A DNA stretch of 63,098 nt, the filler included. It is 3 parts of 3 records of this genome, joined end to end, with 100 filler letters (N's around TTAATTAATTAA, not from the genome) between each part and the next. Parts side by side here need not be neighbours in the genome. Positions count along the whole stretch, not along the records: positions 26,445 to 55,897 come from SRR31156797_11401; 2 more parts are not named here. The stretch is one strand, 5' to 3'. Both the position numbers and the translations under genes were made by a program. The first letter of the stretch is position 1. Every line of letters starts with the position of its first letter. Below, piece after piece: positions 28,370 through 36,781 of this stretch. The notes under the pieces are model-generated. The model was not told the origin of the DNA and made no database searches. It worked only from the letters and a program-made list of their open reading frames with translations.

Positions 28370-28951
28370 CTATTGGGACTTTGTGCGGGACAATTGAGAC
28401 TTTGTGTGGAATGGATTGAGAGCGAACTGCTCGTACCACTCCTCCTCAATGCGGAATTGTTTCTTGTAGGGGATAGGATGAACCCAAAGAAATGAGAGCC
28501 GCACAGTGTCACCTATCTTGCGGCATATCTCAAAGGCTATAGATGTTGTGGACCCAGTCACATAGAAGTTTACAATTGCGTGTGCTACAGGGGGTAAGAT
28601 GTCATAGAGGTGTTCGCCAGTTATGTTCCGGCGGAATATGGGATTGATGAAAGGCTCGGAGTGAATGATCAGGCTATCATAGTCAACCAGCATGACCACC
28701 TGGCCGTTCTGTTTATCCTGTACCTCTTGCTGTACGTCCTGTACCTTTTCCAGAAAATCATAATCTGTATGGAGTAGCTTACTGAGTTTAACTCTGGCCT
28801 CACCCGTAGGTACGGACGTTCCATTCAACCAGCGGTAAACCGTTGATTTTGTAACGCCACAGTGCTCACGGATGTTGCCAACACTACGCTCATGTTCATA
28901 CATCAGGCCTCTTATACGCTTATGCAACTCCATAGTCCGATTGTATAACAT
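28370..28951 (-). CDS. XRE/Cro-CI HTH regulator with PAS-like C-terminal domain
   Basis: CGVTKSTVYRWLNGTSVP HTH; VMLVDYDSLIIH...NITGEHLYDILP. Confidence 0.75.
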   Translation of the reverse strand: MLYNRTMELHKRIRGLMYEHERSVGNIREHCGVTKSTVYRWLNGTSVPTGEARVKLSKLLHTDYDFLEKVQDVQQEVQDKQNGQVVMLVDYDSLIIHSEPFINPIFRRNITGEHLYDILPPVAHAIVNFYVTGSTTSIAFEICRKIGDTVRLSFLWVHPIPYKKQFRIEEEWYEQFALNPFHTKSQLSRTKSQ

Positions 28952-29088
28952 AGACCTACTGCTATCTCAATTATCTCAAGCGCTTCAACAGCCATGCAAG
29001 TAGGACTGCCGGGCCATATACTACGGTCAGCATGGCGAGTATTTTCAACAAAAAGGCACCTTCTATCATACACAGGGTTAACGCGGGG

Positions 29089-29370
29089 TTAAAACTCATA
29101 GGGCACCCCCATCATATGGGTTAGATCATTAACCAGGACCCGACTGTACTCTTTGGTTGGCATTTTGCCTTTCCTGGGGAGAGGGACCCCGTGTTCCTTA
29201 TAAGTGTGGATGACCAGCCAGCACCAATTGGTGAAGCACCAGTGGGACGCGCAGTTATCATGCTGTTCAAACATGGTGTCTATCCAGGCGTCACGGGACA
29301 CCGGGCCGAACGTGATGCAGTCCCATGTGTCAGGTAAGGTGTCGATCCTTCCTATTATCTTAGCGGCCAT
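29089..29370 (-). CDS. Phage early hypothetical protein
   Basis: ORF with GGAGG RBS. Confidence 0.65.
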   Translation of the reverse strand: MAAKIIGRIDTLPDTWDCITFGPVSRDAWIDTMFEQHDNCASHWCFTNWCWLVIHTYKEHGVPLPRKGKMPTKEYSRVLVNDLTHMMGVPYEF

Positions 29371-29533
29371 TGTTGATCCTCCGAATTTCGTTAAGCTTCC
29401 ACCATAAGGGCATGGCGTAAATCTGATTCATTGTGATCTGATTGTGGACCTGGCGTTGCTCCGGAGTGGTGGGCCTCTTGCCGTATGGTTCGATCATAAA
29501 GGCATACTTCATGGCTCGCTGTTTACTTGTCAT
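29360..29533 (-). CDS. Phage early hypothetical protein (57 aa, not in ORF track)
   Basis: GAGGAGG RBS; MTSKQRAMKYAFMIEPYGKRP...NNGR*. Confidence 0.55.
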   Translation of the reverse strand: MTSKQRAMKYAFMIEPYGKRPTTPEQRQVHNQITMNQIYAMPLWWKLNEIRRINNGR

Positions 29534-29641
29534 CGGTGTGATCCTCCTCGCTGTTTACAATGAGTGGTCCCAGGGCCAGGACCCCAAAGATTCCGGCACA
29601 TATGAGGGTTAAAACGATGTGTGCTACCATGTGCTGTTCTC

Positions 29642-30013
29642 CTATCTATAATGCCAGACGGCGTTGAATTCGTTATCGTTTAGGTCCTCGGCCCAGTCAG
29701 GTCTTTGGTTGCAACCGGCTGTGGTACACCAGCCATCCCAGGTGTTAACCTGATGGGCACAATATGTGGTGGGGATCACCCGGTAGCCCCGGTTTAAGCA
29801 GAACATGCGGCCAGATTCCTTATGGGTTACCGTGACATAAGGCAGGCTGTCCCGGTATCGGTTCTCCCGGAAGGCCTTAAGCTGCCGATCATACCGATAT
29901 TTGCTGATCTTCACGGCCCGGCTGGTGCCCTTGATTTTCATGTAGTAGTGACCGCAGGCGTAGGCGGTCAGGCTGTATGTCTGATTGGTGTGTATGTCCT
30001 TGGATGGCTTCAT
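29642..30013 (-). CDS. Phage early hypothetical protein
   Basis: ORF, AGGAG RBS, ATGA coupling with upstream gene. Confidence 0.65.
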   Translation of the reverse strand: MKPSKDIHTNQTYSLTAYACGHYYMKIKGTSRAVKISKYRYDRQLKAFRENRYRDSLPYVTVTHKESGRMFCLNRGYRVIPTTYCAHQVNTWDGWCTTAGCNQRPDWAEDLNDNEFNAVWHYR

Positions 30014-30345
30014 GATGGCTTGTTCTCCTGTACGGTTTTAATGATCCAGGCAGGCGATGCTATCCGGCAGTGTTCCAGGGTGTTATAAGACTGGGTGTCA
30101 TACCAAAAGGCATCTTGCAGACTCCTGATATGCTGTTCATTCAAGGTGTTCCATCTCTCGAAATCCTTTTGCGTTTCGATCTTATGGAAGAGTTCATCCA
30201 GGCGTTTTTCCAGGCGGTTGTGGATGGGGATCAAGGCCCTGGTGTGCTTAAATTGGTCGGTCATGTCATTACTCCTCATAGTCGTAGTGGTTATCGTAAA
30301 CAATTTCGGTGTCTGATCCTGCTGCCAGTTCTTCAAGATACTCAA
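30010..30345 (-). CDS. Phage early hypothetical protein (start uncertain)
   Basis: ORF; internal AGGAG RBS before MTDQF may mark the true start. Confidence 0.55.
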   Translation of the reverse strand: MSILKNWQQDQTPKLFTITTTTMRSNDMTDQFKHTRALIPIHNRLEKRLDELFHKIETQKDFERWNTLNEQHIRSLQDAFWYDTQSYNTLEHCRIASPAWIIKTVQENKPS

Positions 30346-30443
30346 TCATAGGGTTCTCCTTGTGTATTGGTTATGGGTTAAGCGCTCAGACAGACCCATC
30401 ATGGATCTCATGGTAGGCCTGCGCTCAAGGCTCAACACCAGGA

Positions 30444-30923
30444 TTAGAACACCTCCTGGACTTTGCGTTTTGCCGTTGAGATTTCCCCATGAACAGCCAT
30501 GGAGTAGGTCAACCCAGCGTCACCCACTATGATATGCTCATGGAGCTGAATCCCCATGACGTGACATGCTGCGGCTATGGTCTCAGTTATCTTGATATCA
30601 GCAGTGCTGGGCGCAGTGTCCCCGGACGGGTGATTGTGTCCCAGGATCAGGGATGCGGCGTTGACATTCAGTGCCTCTTTGATGATTTCACGGGGATAGA
30701 CAGCGCAACTGGTCAAGGTGCCCTGGAACATTTGTTTGACCATCAGGCTGCGGTTCTTTGAGTCCAAGAAGATCACATAAAAGGCCTCATTACCTTCATG
30801 CTGTGACATAAGGGGTTTCAAGACGTTGTACAGGGTGTCAGGGCTGCTGATCACCTCACCATGGACGGCTTCATTGACGCGATCTGCCAGTTTACCGCTA
30901 AGGAGCGACTGCTTGAAGTTCAT
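30444..30923 (-). CDS. RadC-like JAB-domain protein
   Basis: EAFYVIFLD, GTLT...VYPREI, HNHPSGD..PS.AD, HIIVG; GGAGG RBS before ATG 30923. Confidence 0.9.
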   Translation of the reverse strand: MNFKQSLLSGKLADRVNEAVHGEVISSPDTLYNVLKPLMSQHEGNEAFYVIFLDSKNRSLMVKQMFQGTLTSCAVYPREIIKEALNVNAASLILGHNHPSGDTAPSTADIKITETIAAACHVMGIQLHEHIIVGDAGLTYSMAVHGEISTAKRKVQEVF

Positions 30924-30939
30924 GCGGATACCTCCCGGT

Positions 30940-31584
30940 TTAATGTTGGACGAAAACAACGTACTTGTGAGTTTGGCAGGCCTTACATTCAACGCCACAG
31001 GTCAGGGTAGTTCGGGCCAGGCCGTATGGGCAGACTTTCGCCCGGAACCTCTTGGCCTTTGCGATCACCTCTGCGTGGGAGCCATAGTTAATAGAGCCGT
31101 CCGGTAGGATAGATTCCACGATGTTAAACCCCGTGGCCGGGCGGTATGGGCTTTTGGTATAGGCGAAGAACTTGATAGAGGGATAGACCATGTGAATCCG
31201 GAAGGCGATTTCCTCCCAGGCGTCAGCATAGGTCTGATTGTAGAAGTCGCCGGACTCATGAACGCGCACGGCCTTGACACCATACTTTTCAACGCTTTGT
31301 GTGATCAAAACGGCCATCCGGTCGGCGAAGGCATCAGGTGCCAGCGTGGCTTGATAATTGCGTTCGCGGCAGGCTACAACCGCAGGGTATCGCTTTTCGG
31401 CCTTTCTGGCATAGCAGGTTGCGGCGCATTGCTCATGGTTCGGGCAGGTCGTAACAGCAGGTAGGTTCCAAATCAGAATGCCATGGCTTAACTTGCTGTT
31501 ACCAAGGGAAAGGGAAATATCGTGATTGTTGGGTGTAATGGCCTTGACATAATTGCCAGACCGCTTGATTTTTGTTATGGTCAT
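30940..31584 (-). CDS. GP88-family (radical-SAM-like) phage protein
   Basis: GNSKL, WNLPAVTTCP...C...CYA, VRVHESGDF, YTK. Confidence 0.75.
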   Translation of the reverse strand: MTITKIKRSGNYVKAITPNNHDISLSLGNSKLSHGILIWNLPAVTTCPNHEQCAATCYARKAEKRYPAVVACRERNYQATLAPDAFADRMAVLITQSVEKYGVKAVRVHESGDFYNQTYADAWEEIAFRIHMVYPSIKFFAYTKSPYRPATGFNIVESILPDGSINYGSHAEVIAKAKRFRAKVCPYGLARTTLTCGVECKACQTHKYVVFVQH

Positions 31585-31658
31585 TGCGATTTATCCTTGT
31601 AGTGGGGATGGTCATGGCACCGGGTAATACTTGGCGGTTTTACTCGGTGCCGCTTTCG

Positions 31659-32141
31659 TTAATATTGCAGGCCTAATCCTTCGATATCGTGCTTGAATGA
31701 CGCCATGAGAGCTGGCAGGCGTTCATTTAGTGATATCAGGTTGATATCGCCGGGCTCTGCATCGGGCCAGACAGCCGATTTCCGGGCAAAGTCGAGGTTC
31801 CCTTGATCGATCCAATACATGGTATTAGCGATGTAGTAGAGTGGGCCGTCTGTGGATGTCATGTGCCATTTCAAGAGATGGCTTAACTCTGGGAAAACCC
31901 GCCGGATAACGTCATGCTGACACCCACAGGCGTTAAGCCAGGCAAGGTTATTATTGGAAAGTCTCACCGTGGGTTCGCCAGGCTGCCGGTATTGTTCATA
32001 GATCTCAGCCGTTATGGCGAACGAGTTGTGACCATTGCCGCATTCATCGTCATGTCTGATCTCAGCAACCACAAGGGCAAGCTTGCCGTCAATGATCGTT
32101 TCCCGGCTGTGTTTCTGTGTTTGACGTTTGATTGTTTCCAT
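31659..32141 (-). CDS. Phage early hypothetical protein
   Basis: ORF with AGGAG RBS; DDECGNGHNSFAITA, CGCQHD, LKWH. Confidence 0.7.
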   Translation of the reverse strand: METIKRQTQKHSRETIIDGKLALVVAEIRHDDECGNGHNSFAITAEIYEQYRQPGEPTVRLSNNNLAWLNACGCQHDVIRRVFPELSHLLKWHMTSTDGPLYYIANTMYWIDQGNLDFARKSAVWPDAEPGDINLISLNERLPALMASFKHDIEGLGLQY

Positions 32142-32153
32142 GATGTTTTCTCC

Positions 32154-32540
32154 TTATGCTGCGTATCTTAGGCCTGACAGGAAGTCCGGCATGTAGTCGT
32201 CCTCTTCGATGATCGACCAGAACCCATAATCTGAGCCGTTCCCAGGGTGTGCCCCAAAGTCGTAACCGGCAGGCGCGTAGACATTCAGGATGTCAAAGAG
32301 TTCATAGAGCAGATCGTGGGCGTCCTCAGAGTTCCACCATTCGCTGTCGTCGTCCTCTATGGCGTAGGCCGGAATCGGGCCAAACGGGTTGATTATCATT
32401 TGACAGTATTCGTTAGTGTGCCGGATCGCTTCCATGAAGTCTGGTATCAAATCAGCGTTGCGCATGGTGCCACTAATCAGGGTGCCCTTGCATTCGCTTA
32501 GGTAAAAAGTGTCAGTATTGGGATTGATTTCGTATTTCAT
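32154..32540 (-). CDS. Acidic phage early protein
   Basis: ORF with AGGAG RBS; D/E-rich; FGAHPGNGSDYGFW. Confidence 0.7.
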   Translation of the reverse strand: MKYEINPNTDTFYLSECKGTLISGTMRNADLIPDFMEAIRHTNEYCQMIINPFGPIPAYAIEDDDSEWWNSEDAHDLLYELFDILNVYAPAGYDFGAHPGNGSDYGFWSIIEEDDYMPDFLSGLRYAA

Positions 32541-32543
32541 GGG

Positions 32544-32678
32544 TTAGCTCCTTGTTTTTTTCACGACGGTTTTTGATACTCGGATCACCTTTGACGTGGT
32601 TGACTCCTCGACAATCGGCGTTATTGGCTCATAGTGCCGGTCGTTGTGAATGTGGCGTGCTCCTCTTTGGTTCTTCAT
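32544..32678 (-). CDS. First early-region ORF (44 aa, not in ORF track)
   Basis: AAAGGA RBS; MKNQRGARHIHNDRHYEP...KKTRS*. Confidence 0.5.
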   Translation of the reverse strand: MKNQRGARHIHNDRHYEPITPIVEESTTSKVIRVSKTVVKKTRS

Positions 32679-32719
32679 GGAATGTTTCCTTTTGTGAATG
32701 ATTGTTGTTTGGTAGCTGA

Positions 32720-33055
32720 TTTGTCAAAACTTAGCGACCCCTTATCGAGTGATAAGAGGCCCACGAGACTTGACAAAGAAGTGAAAATACCCGATTTTGG
32801 ACGTGGTCCGGGTGACCAAATCGCAGAGTTATAGGATCGGGGCTGCGAACCCTTGTCTTAAGACAGTGGTAAACGTCCGGTTAGTCTCCCTTAGTCTGTC
32901 TTATGGCTGTTAACCCGCAGTTGGTCCCGCCCCGTCGTTTACGTTCTGGTTAACTTCCGGTCGTGATCACTCGTTACGTTATCAGGAGTGAACCCGTGTA
33001 GGCCGGAAGACCTGCCCGACAGTATTCCCGCCGGGTGTCCTTGACTGGCTGTCAA
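32720..33055 (-). ncRNA. Candidate structured RNA / long 5' leader of the early operon
   Basis: Series of adjacent stems with G-U pairs valid only on the minus strand; no convincing ORF. Confidence 0.5.
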
Positions 33056-33065
33056 TGACGTGTAA

Positions 33066-33095
33066 ACCGTACAACCAAACACGAACGATTGTCAA
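33066..33095 (-). promoter_or_regulatory. Host sigma70-type early promoter
   Basis: TTGACA-18 nt-TACGGT on minus strand, AT-rich upstream, pointing into the early genes. Confidence 0.6.
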
Positions 33096-33660
33096 ATGGA
33101 ATCTTAATAAAAGAACATATTAAATTGCAAGTGACTATAATCATTTGGTTAATGTGTGAGTTGTTGAATGTGTCATAATCGAATGGTTCACAATATGAGC
33201 GTTATTAACAAGGTGTGGTCGAGGAGGCAAGACAGCATGAAAACAGTGGGCTGAAACCCCGTGCCGGACAGATGGTCATTACCCAATGGCAGGATGAACG
33301 GCAGGTCAACCCGGCGATGATCAAAACAGATATTCACACATTGATACACATGTGTATCATGTCAGGAAAACACCTCGATAACGTCCCATGCCATGCGTCC
33401 CACCTCATGATGCACCCAATGACCGACGGATTGCCCATCCGTAGGCCCTTCAAACCCCTTGTGGGCAGCAGGTCAGAGCTAATTGATACCACGCTGTGGT
33501 GCAAAATGATTGAATCCACTCTGTTTCAGCACTAAAAAAGGTACACGGGGGGTATGCGCGGGCCTGGATATTAATCCTGGGGCTTCAAATTTTTGTGCCA
33601 AAATCTCGGGGTTCAACGGCATGATAACCAGAGACCTCCATGAGCCGTGGGTTTGAGCGC

Positions 33661-33779
33661 TTCGATCATGCGGCAGGTGATCTGGCACTTCGATCAAACA
33701 GGGCGTTTCAGTAGATCACTCAGACCCTTATTTGACGCTTCGATCAGGCCTGTGGTAATCTATCAGATCGATTCGATCA
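33661..33779. repeat. Short repeats TTCGATCA x4 within a GATC-dense tract
   Basis: Copies at 33661, 33689, 33739 and 33772; 7 GATC in ~120 bp. Confidence 0.7.
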
Positions 33780-33796
33780 CACATGTAGGGAGGCAC

Positions 33797-34000
33797 ATGG
33801 GTAAGCTGGAAGATGTCCTGGAAGATTTGATGAGTGAGATAGGCTTCGAGGTAACGACTCTGGAGTATCTTATTGGTCACAGTGAGGTGAGTCAGATTGT
33901 TAATGAGGAGGAAGCCGGGGTTAACAATGTGGAGCAACTCAAGGGCCGTAGAGATATGGCCTTGATGGTGATGAAGATGATTGAAGAGAGGATGGAATGA
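33797..34000 (+). CDS. Small acidic protein; only plausible plus-strand gene in the prophage
   Basis: GGGAGG RBS then ATG 33797; MGKLEDVLEDLMSE... Confidence 0.6.
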   Translation: MGKLEDVLEDLMSEIGFEVTTLEYLIGHSEVSQIVNEEEAGVNNVEQLKGRRDMALMVMKMIEERME

Positions 34001-34111
34001 CAGCCGTTTCTATATCCTTATATATAGTGGGTATATGACCCTATGTGCTTACCTTTAGATCAGGCAGGGGGCTATGACACTATGTTAGGACACAGTGTAG
34101 TTTACCCTTAG

Positions 34112-34136
34112 CTCCCTCTTAAGTGAGGGAGTTAAT
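34112..34136 (-). promoter_or_regulatory. Phage single-subunit RNAP promoter (T3-like), copy A, phiOR-like position
   Basis: ATTAACTCCCTCACTTAAGAGGGAG; repeated at 52001-52024. Confidence 0.7.
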
Positions 34137-34190
34137 GTTCCCGAAATCATTGGTAAAACCTACTGATAAAACCAAATGCTAATCAAGGAC

Positions 34191-34262
34191 AAAAACAAGC
34201 CGATACAGAGCCATGGGGTTCGACGTTTACTACGCCATTCCTTATGGTCCATATCGGCTTGT
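34191..34262 (-). terminator. Long hairpin plus U-tract after large terminase
   Basis: ACAAGCCGATA...TATCGGCTTGT 11-bp basal stem running into a T tract on the minus strand. Confidence 0.55.
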
Positions 34263-34280
34263 ATGAGAATCCTCAGAGCC

Positions 34281-36020
34281 CTAAATTCTCCAAAGGTCTA
34301 CTGAATTTTGAGGTTGGAAGCCTGCCAGGTTCTGAAGGTGGACCTTAAGTTCCTGTTCCAGTAGTTTCTCCTGCTGTGCTGCCATTGCCATCTTGGTGTC
34401 ACGGCCCATGGAATCGGTCCAGTAGGCTACCGCGATGGCAAGAACGTCGATCATATCGTCATGCTTGAGAGCCCCACGATCCTTTGTGAGCCTCGTTAGC
34501 TGATAGAAAGCACTGTAGGCCAACCGCCGTTCAACCGTCACGTTGGACCCAATGTCCTCCCTTATTATTCGCTCATCGACGATAAGACGATGTTGGTTCA
34601 TCACGGGCTCCAGGGTGTCGATTATACGGGCTTCTTTCTGTTTACTGTGATTCACTTCCTCAAGCTTACAAGTTCCGTGGATGCGCTTCATATGGGGCTG
34701 TATCAGCTTGGTAAACATGCCGTCACCAAAGTTGGATTCGATAATGGTGTGCTTCACTTTGTAATGCGCAGCCAGGGCACACAGGGCCTTGAGAGTTTCA
34801 TCATCGTAGCCACCTGCGAATCCACCCAGGGCTAACAGGAAGAGATTTCCATGAAGCTGGGCCACAATGGCATAGGTGGTCTCATCAGATCCCCGGCCAG
34901 AAGGGTCAATCGCCATGACAATACCCTCATAGTCGGCATACTGGCTGTCGATATAAAGAGGTCGATACCACTTGTCACCACTGAAACCGACATTCGGAAT
35001 ATCCTTGGCCTGCTGCTGTGGACCCGAGCCATACTGAATGCTGATTGGTCCCTTGCCCTTACCCAAGTTGGTAACAATGAGGTCGCTTGTCTTAAGGGGA
35101 TAACGCTCCTGGTCACTCAATGACGTATCAAGCTGGAACTGAAGGGCAAACCCACTGCGGCCATAACTGGCTTCACGGTCGGCCAGCTCAAAATCATTGA
35201 ATCGTTGGGGGTCTGTTGCTCGACCTGCAAGCTTGGGGTCCCCGGTAAGACGCTTGATTAGCGTAGGGCTGAGGCATCCATGGTAGGCTGCAATTTTGTC
35301 CTCGGAAGGGTAACGACTGGGCCATATACGGGTCTCATACTGGAGTTCTCGCAGCTTGTTATAGATGGATTCTTCGGACTGAGGAGTCCCCAGAAAGGTG
35401 ATCCTCGGGTTTCCCTCGGGTATGATCAAGGCGTTGAACTCGGATACCGCTGTGATCAACTTGGAGCGCATATCCTGGGTTGCACTATTGGATGGAACCT
35501 CCACATCATCAGCGATAACATGATGGGCACGGCCACCAGTGATCTGACCATTAATACCAACGGCCCGGACACTCGCCTGCTGTGCCGCTTTCGCAGGGCC
35601 TACATCAAATTCAACCATAGATTCCCGCTGATCCGGCCTGGGAATCAGGTGTCGGCACATGGGAATCTCTTTGATCAACCTTAATGTAAAGATTGTGAAG
35701 GCATCGGAACGCTGTTTACTGGCTGATACCACAAGGAATTGGAGCTGAGGGTTGCGTAACAGTCGCCAAATCACGAATGCCGCTGTGATCCACGACTTGC
35801 CACAACCCCTGAACGCTTGTATGATCTGCCTTTTAGGTCCGGCCTGGAGCCAATAGGCGATCTCGAACTGCATGGGGGTCGGCGAGGGTAACCCCAAGAA
35901 CTTCCAAACGTAAGCCAGAAAGTTCCTGAAGTCGTCAAGAAATGGGTTCCCACTGATGACCGTTCCATCAATGGGATTCCGATCCCCTTTCTTGAGCCCC
36001 CCGATATTATGGGGCTGTAT
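34281..36020 (-). CDS. Terminase large subunit (T7 gp19-like), probable AUA start
   Basis: AFRGCGKSWIT Walker A, IADDVEVP, AIDPSGRGSDET, HDD; frame open upstream of TTG 35897 through DDFRNFLAYVW to ATA 36020. Confidence 0.95.
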   Translation of the reverse strand: MQPHNIGGLKKGDRNPIDGTVISGNPFLDDFRNFLAYVWKFLGLPSPTPMQFEIAYWLQAGPKRQIIQAFRGCGKSWITAAFVIWRLLRNPQLQFLVVSASKQRSDAFTIFTLRLIKEIPMCRHLIPRPDQRESMVEFDVGPAKAAQQASVRAVGINGQITGGRAHHVIADDVEVPSNSATQDMRSKLITAVSEFNALIIPEGNPRITFLGTPQSEESIYNKLRELQYETRIWPSRYPSEDKIAAYHGCLSPTLIKRLTGDPKLAGRATDPQRFNDFELADREASYGRSGFALQFQLDTSLSDQERYPLKTSDLIVTNLGKGKGPISIQYGSGPQQQAKDIPNVGFSGDKWYRPLYIDSQYADYEGIVMAIDPSGRGSDETTYAIVAQLHGNLFLLALGGFAGGYDDETLKALCALAAHYKVKHTIIESNFGDGMFTKLIQPHMKRIHGTCKLEEVNHSKQKEARIIDTLEPVMNQHRLIVDERIIREDIGSNVTVERRLAYSAFYQLTRLTKDRGALKHDDMIDVLAIAVAYWTDSMGRDTKMAMAAQQEKLLEQELKVHLQNLAGFQPQNSVDLWRI

Positions 36021-36256
36021 TAGTCCTCCGCACCTACCGTCAGATCATCCAGGCTAAAAGGAATGTCAAAATCATCATCAGATCCGGTCAAAGGGTTGCC
36101 CGGCATTTCCGTATCCACGTCAACACCGTGCCTCTGAGCAATCGAATCAATGAGCTTTCGGTCCTGTGGGGAGGCCTCTCCGTTTGCTATCCGCTTCTTT
36201 AGGTCACGCAGCATGTCATCGTAAAGGTCTTCCACAAAGTCGCACCTGTTGTCCAT
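36020..36256 (-). CDS. Terminase small subunit (gp18-like)
   Basis: Position; LKKRIANGEASPQD. Confidence 0.75.
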   Translation of the reverse strand: MDNRCDFVEDLYDDMLRDLKKRIANGEASPQDRKLIDSIAQRHGVDVDTEMPGNPLTGSDDDFDIPFSLDDLTVGAED

Positions 36257-36573
36257 TAAATGGTCTCCTTAACCTTGAATTTAAACCAACCGGTCCACTG
36301 CAAGATGCCTAACTTCACGATGCCACGGCCCGGCCAGTCAACATACACGCCACGTTTGTCCCCATTGAAGGACCAAATGTAGTCAACCACGGTGACGGTC
36401 GCTCCCCAATCACCGGTTGCACTGTTCCAAAGAGTGGCCTTATCGCCAATCTTAAAGATCCGTTTACACCAGGCCATGAAGGTGGCGAACAGTTTGCCTA
36501 ATTCAGCCTTGAATGCGTTAAGAACCAACAGCCCAATGGGTGCCCATAGCCAGGTGTTAATCATTGTTTCCAT
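36256..36573 (-). CDS. Small membrane protein with MscS-like TM3/beta-domain pattern
   Basis: One TM then ELGKLFA...RIFKIGD. Confidence 0.55.
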   Translation of the reverse strand: METMINTWLWAPIGLLVLNAFKAELGKLFATFMAWCKRIFKIGDKATLWNSATGDWGATVTVVDYIWSFNGDKRGVYVDWPGRGIVKLGILQWTGWFKFKVKETI

Positions 36574-36574
36574 G

Positions 36575-36781
36575 TTATTTATCTCCTTTTCTTGCGTTAA
36601 GTTTGTCCTGAATGCTCACATAGATGTAGATGATCTGGAGGATCAACACTGCGGCACCCAGGATCTTGCTATAATTGTCTATGATCAGACCCAATGTCGT
36701 CACGAACGGTTGCGGTATAAGGGATTTCCAGCTCATGTCCATCGCGGCCCGGCAAAACTCTTTCAGGAAATTCATGATCAT
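36575..36781 (-). CDS. Putative holin
   Basis: ATGA-coupled start 36781; hydrophobic ILGAAVLILQIIYIYV plus basic C-tail; T7 gp17.5 position. Confidence 0.55.
   Translation of the reverse strand: MIMNFLKEFCRAAMDMSWKSLIPQPFVTTLGLIIDNYSKILGAAVLILQIIYIYVSIQDKLNARKGDK

Noticed and set aside
33215-33535. ORFs 33215..33535, 33334..33519 and 33479..33697
   Set aside because: No clear RBS or motifs; overlapping on both strands in the presumed non-coding genome-end region.
33661-33779. CRISPR-like array
   Set aside because: Repeats are only 8 bp with irregular spacing; no cas genes; no CRISPR array found anywhere in the window.
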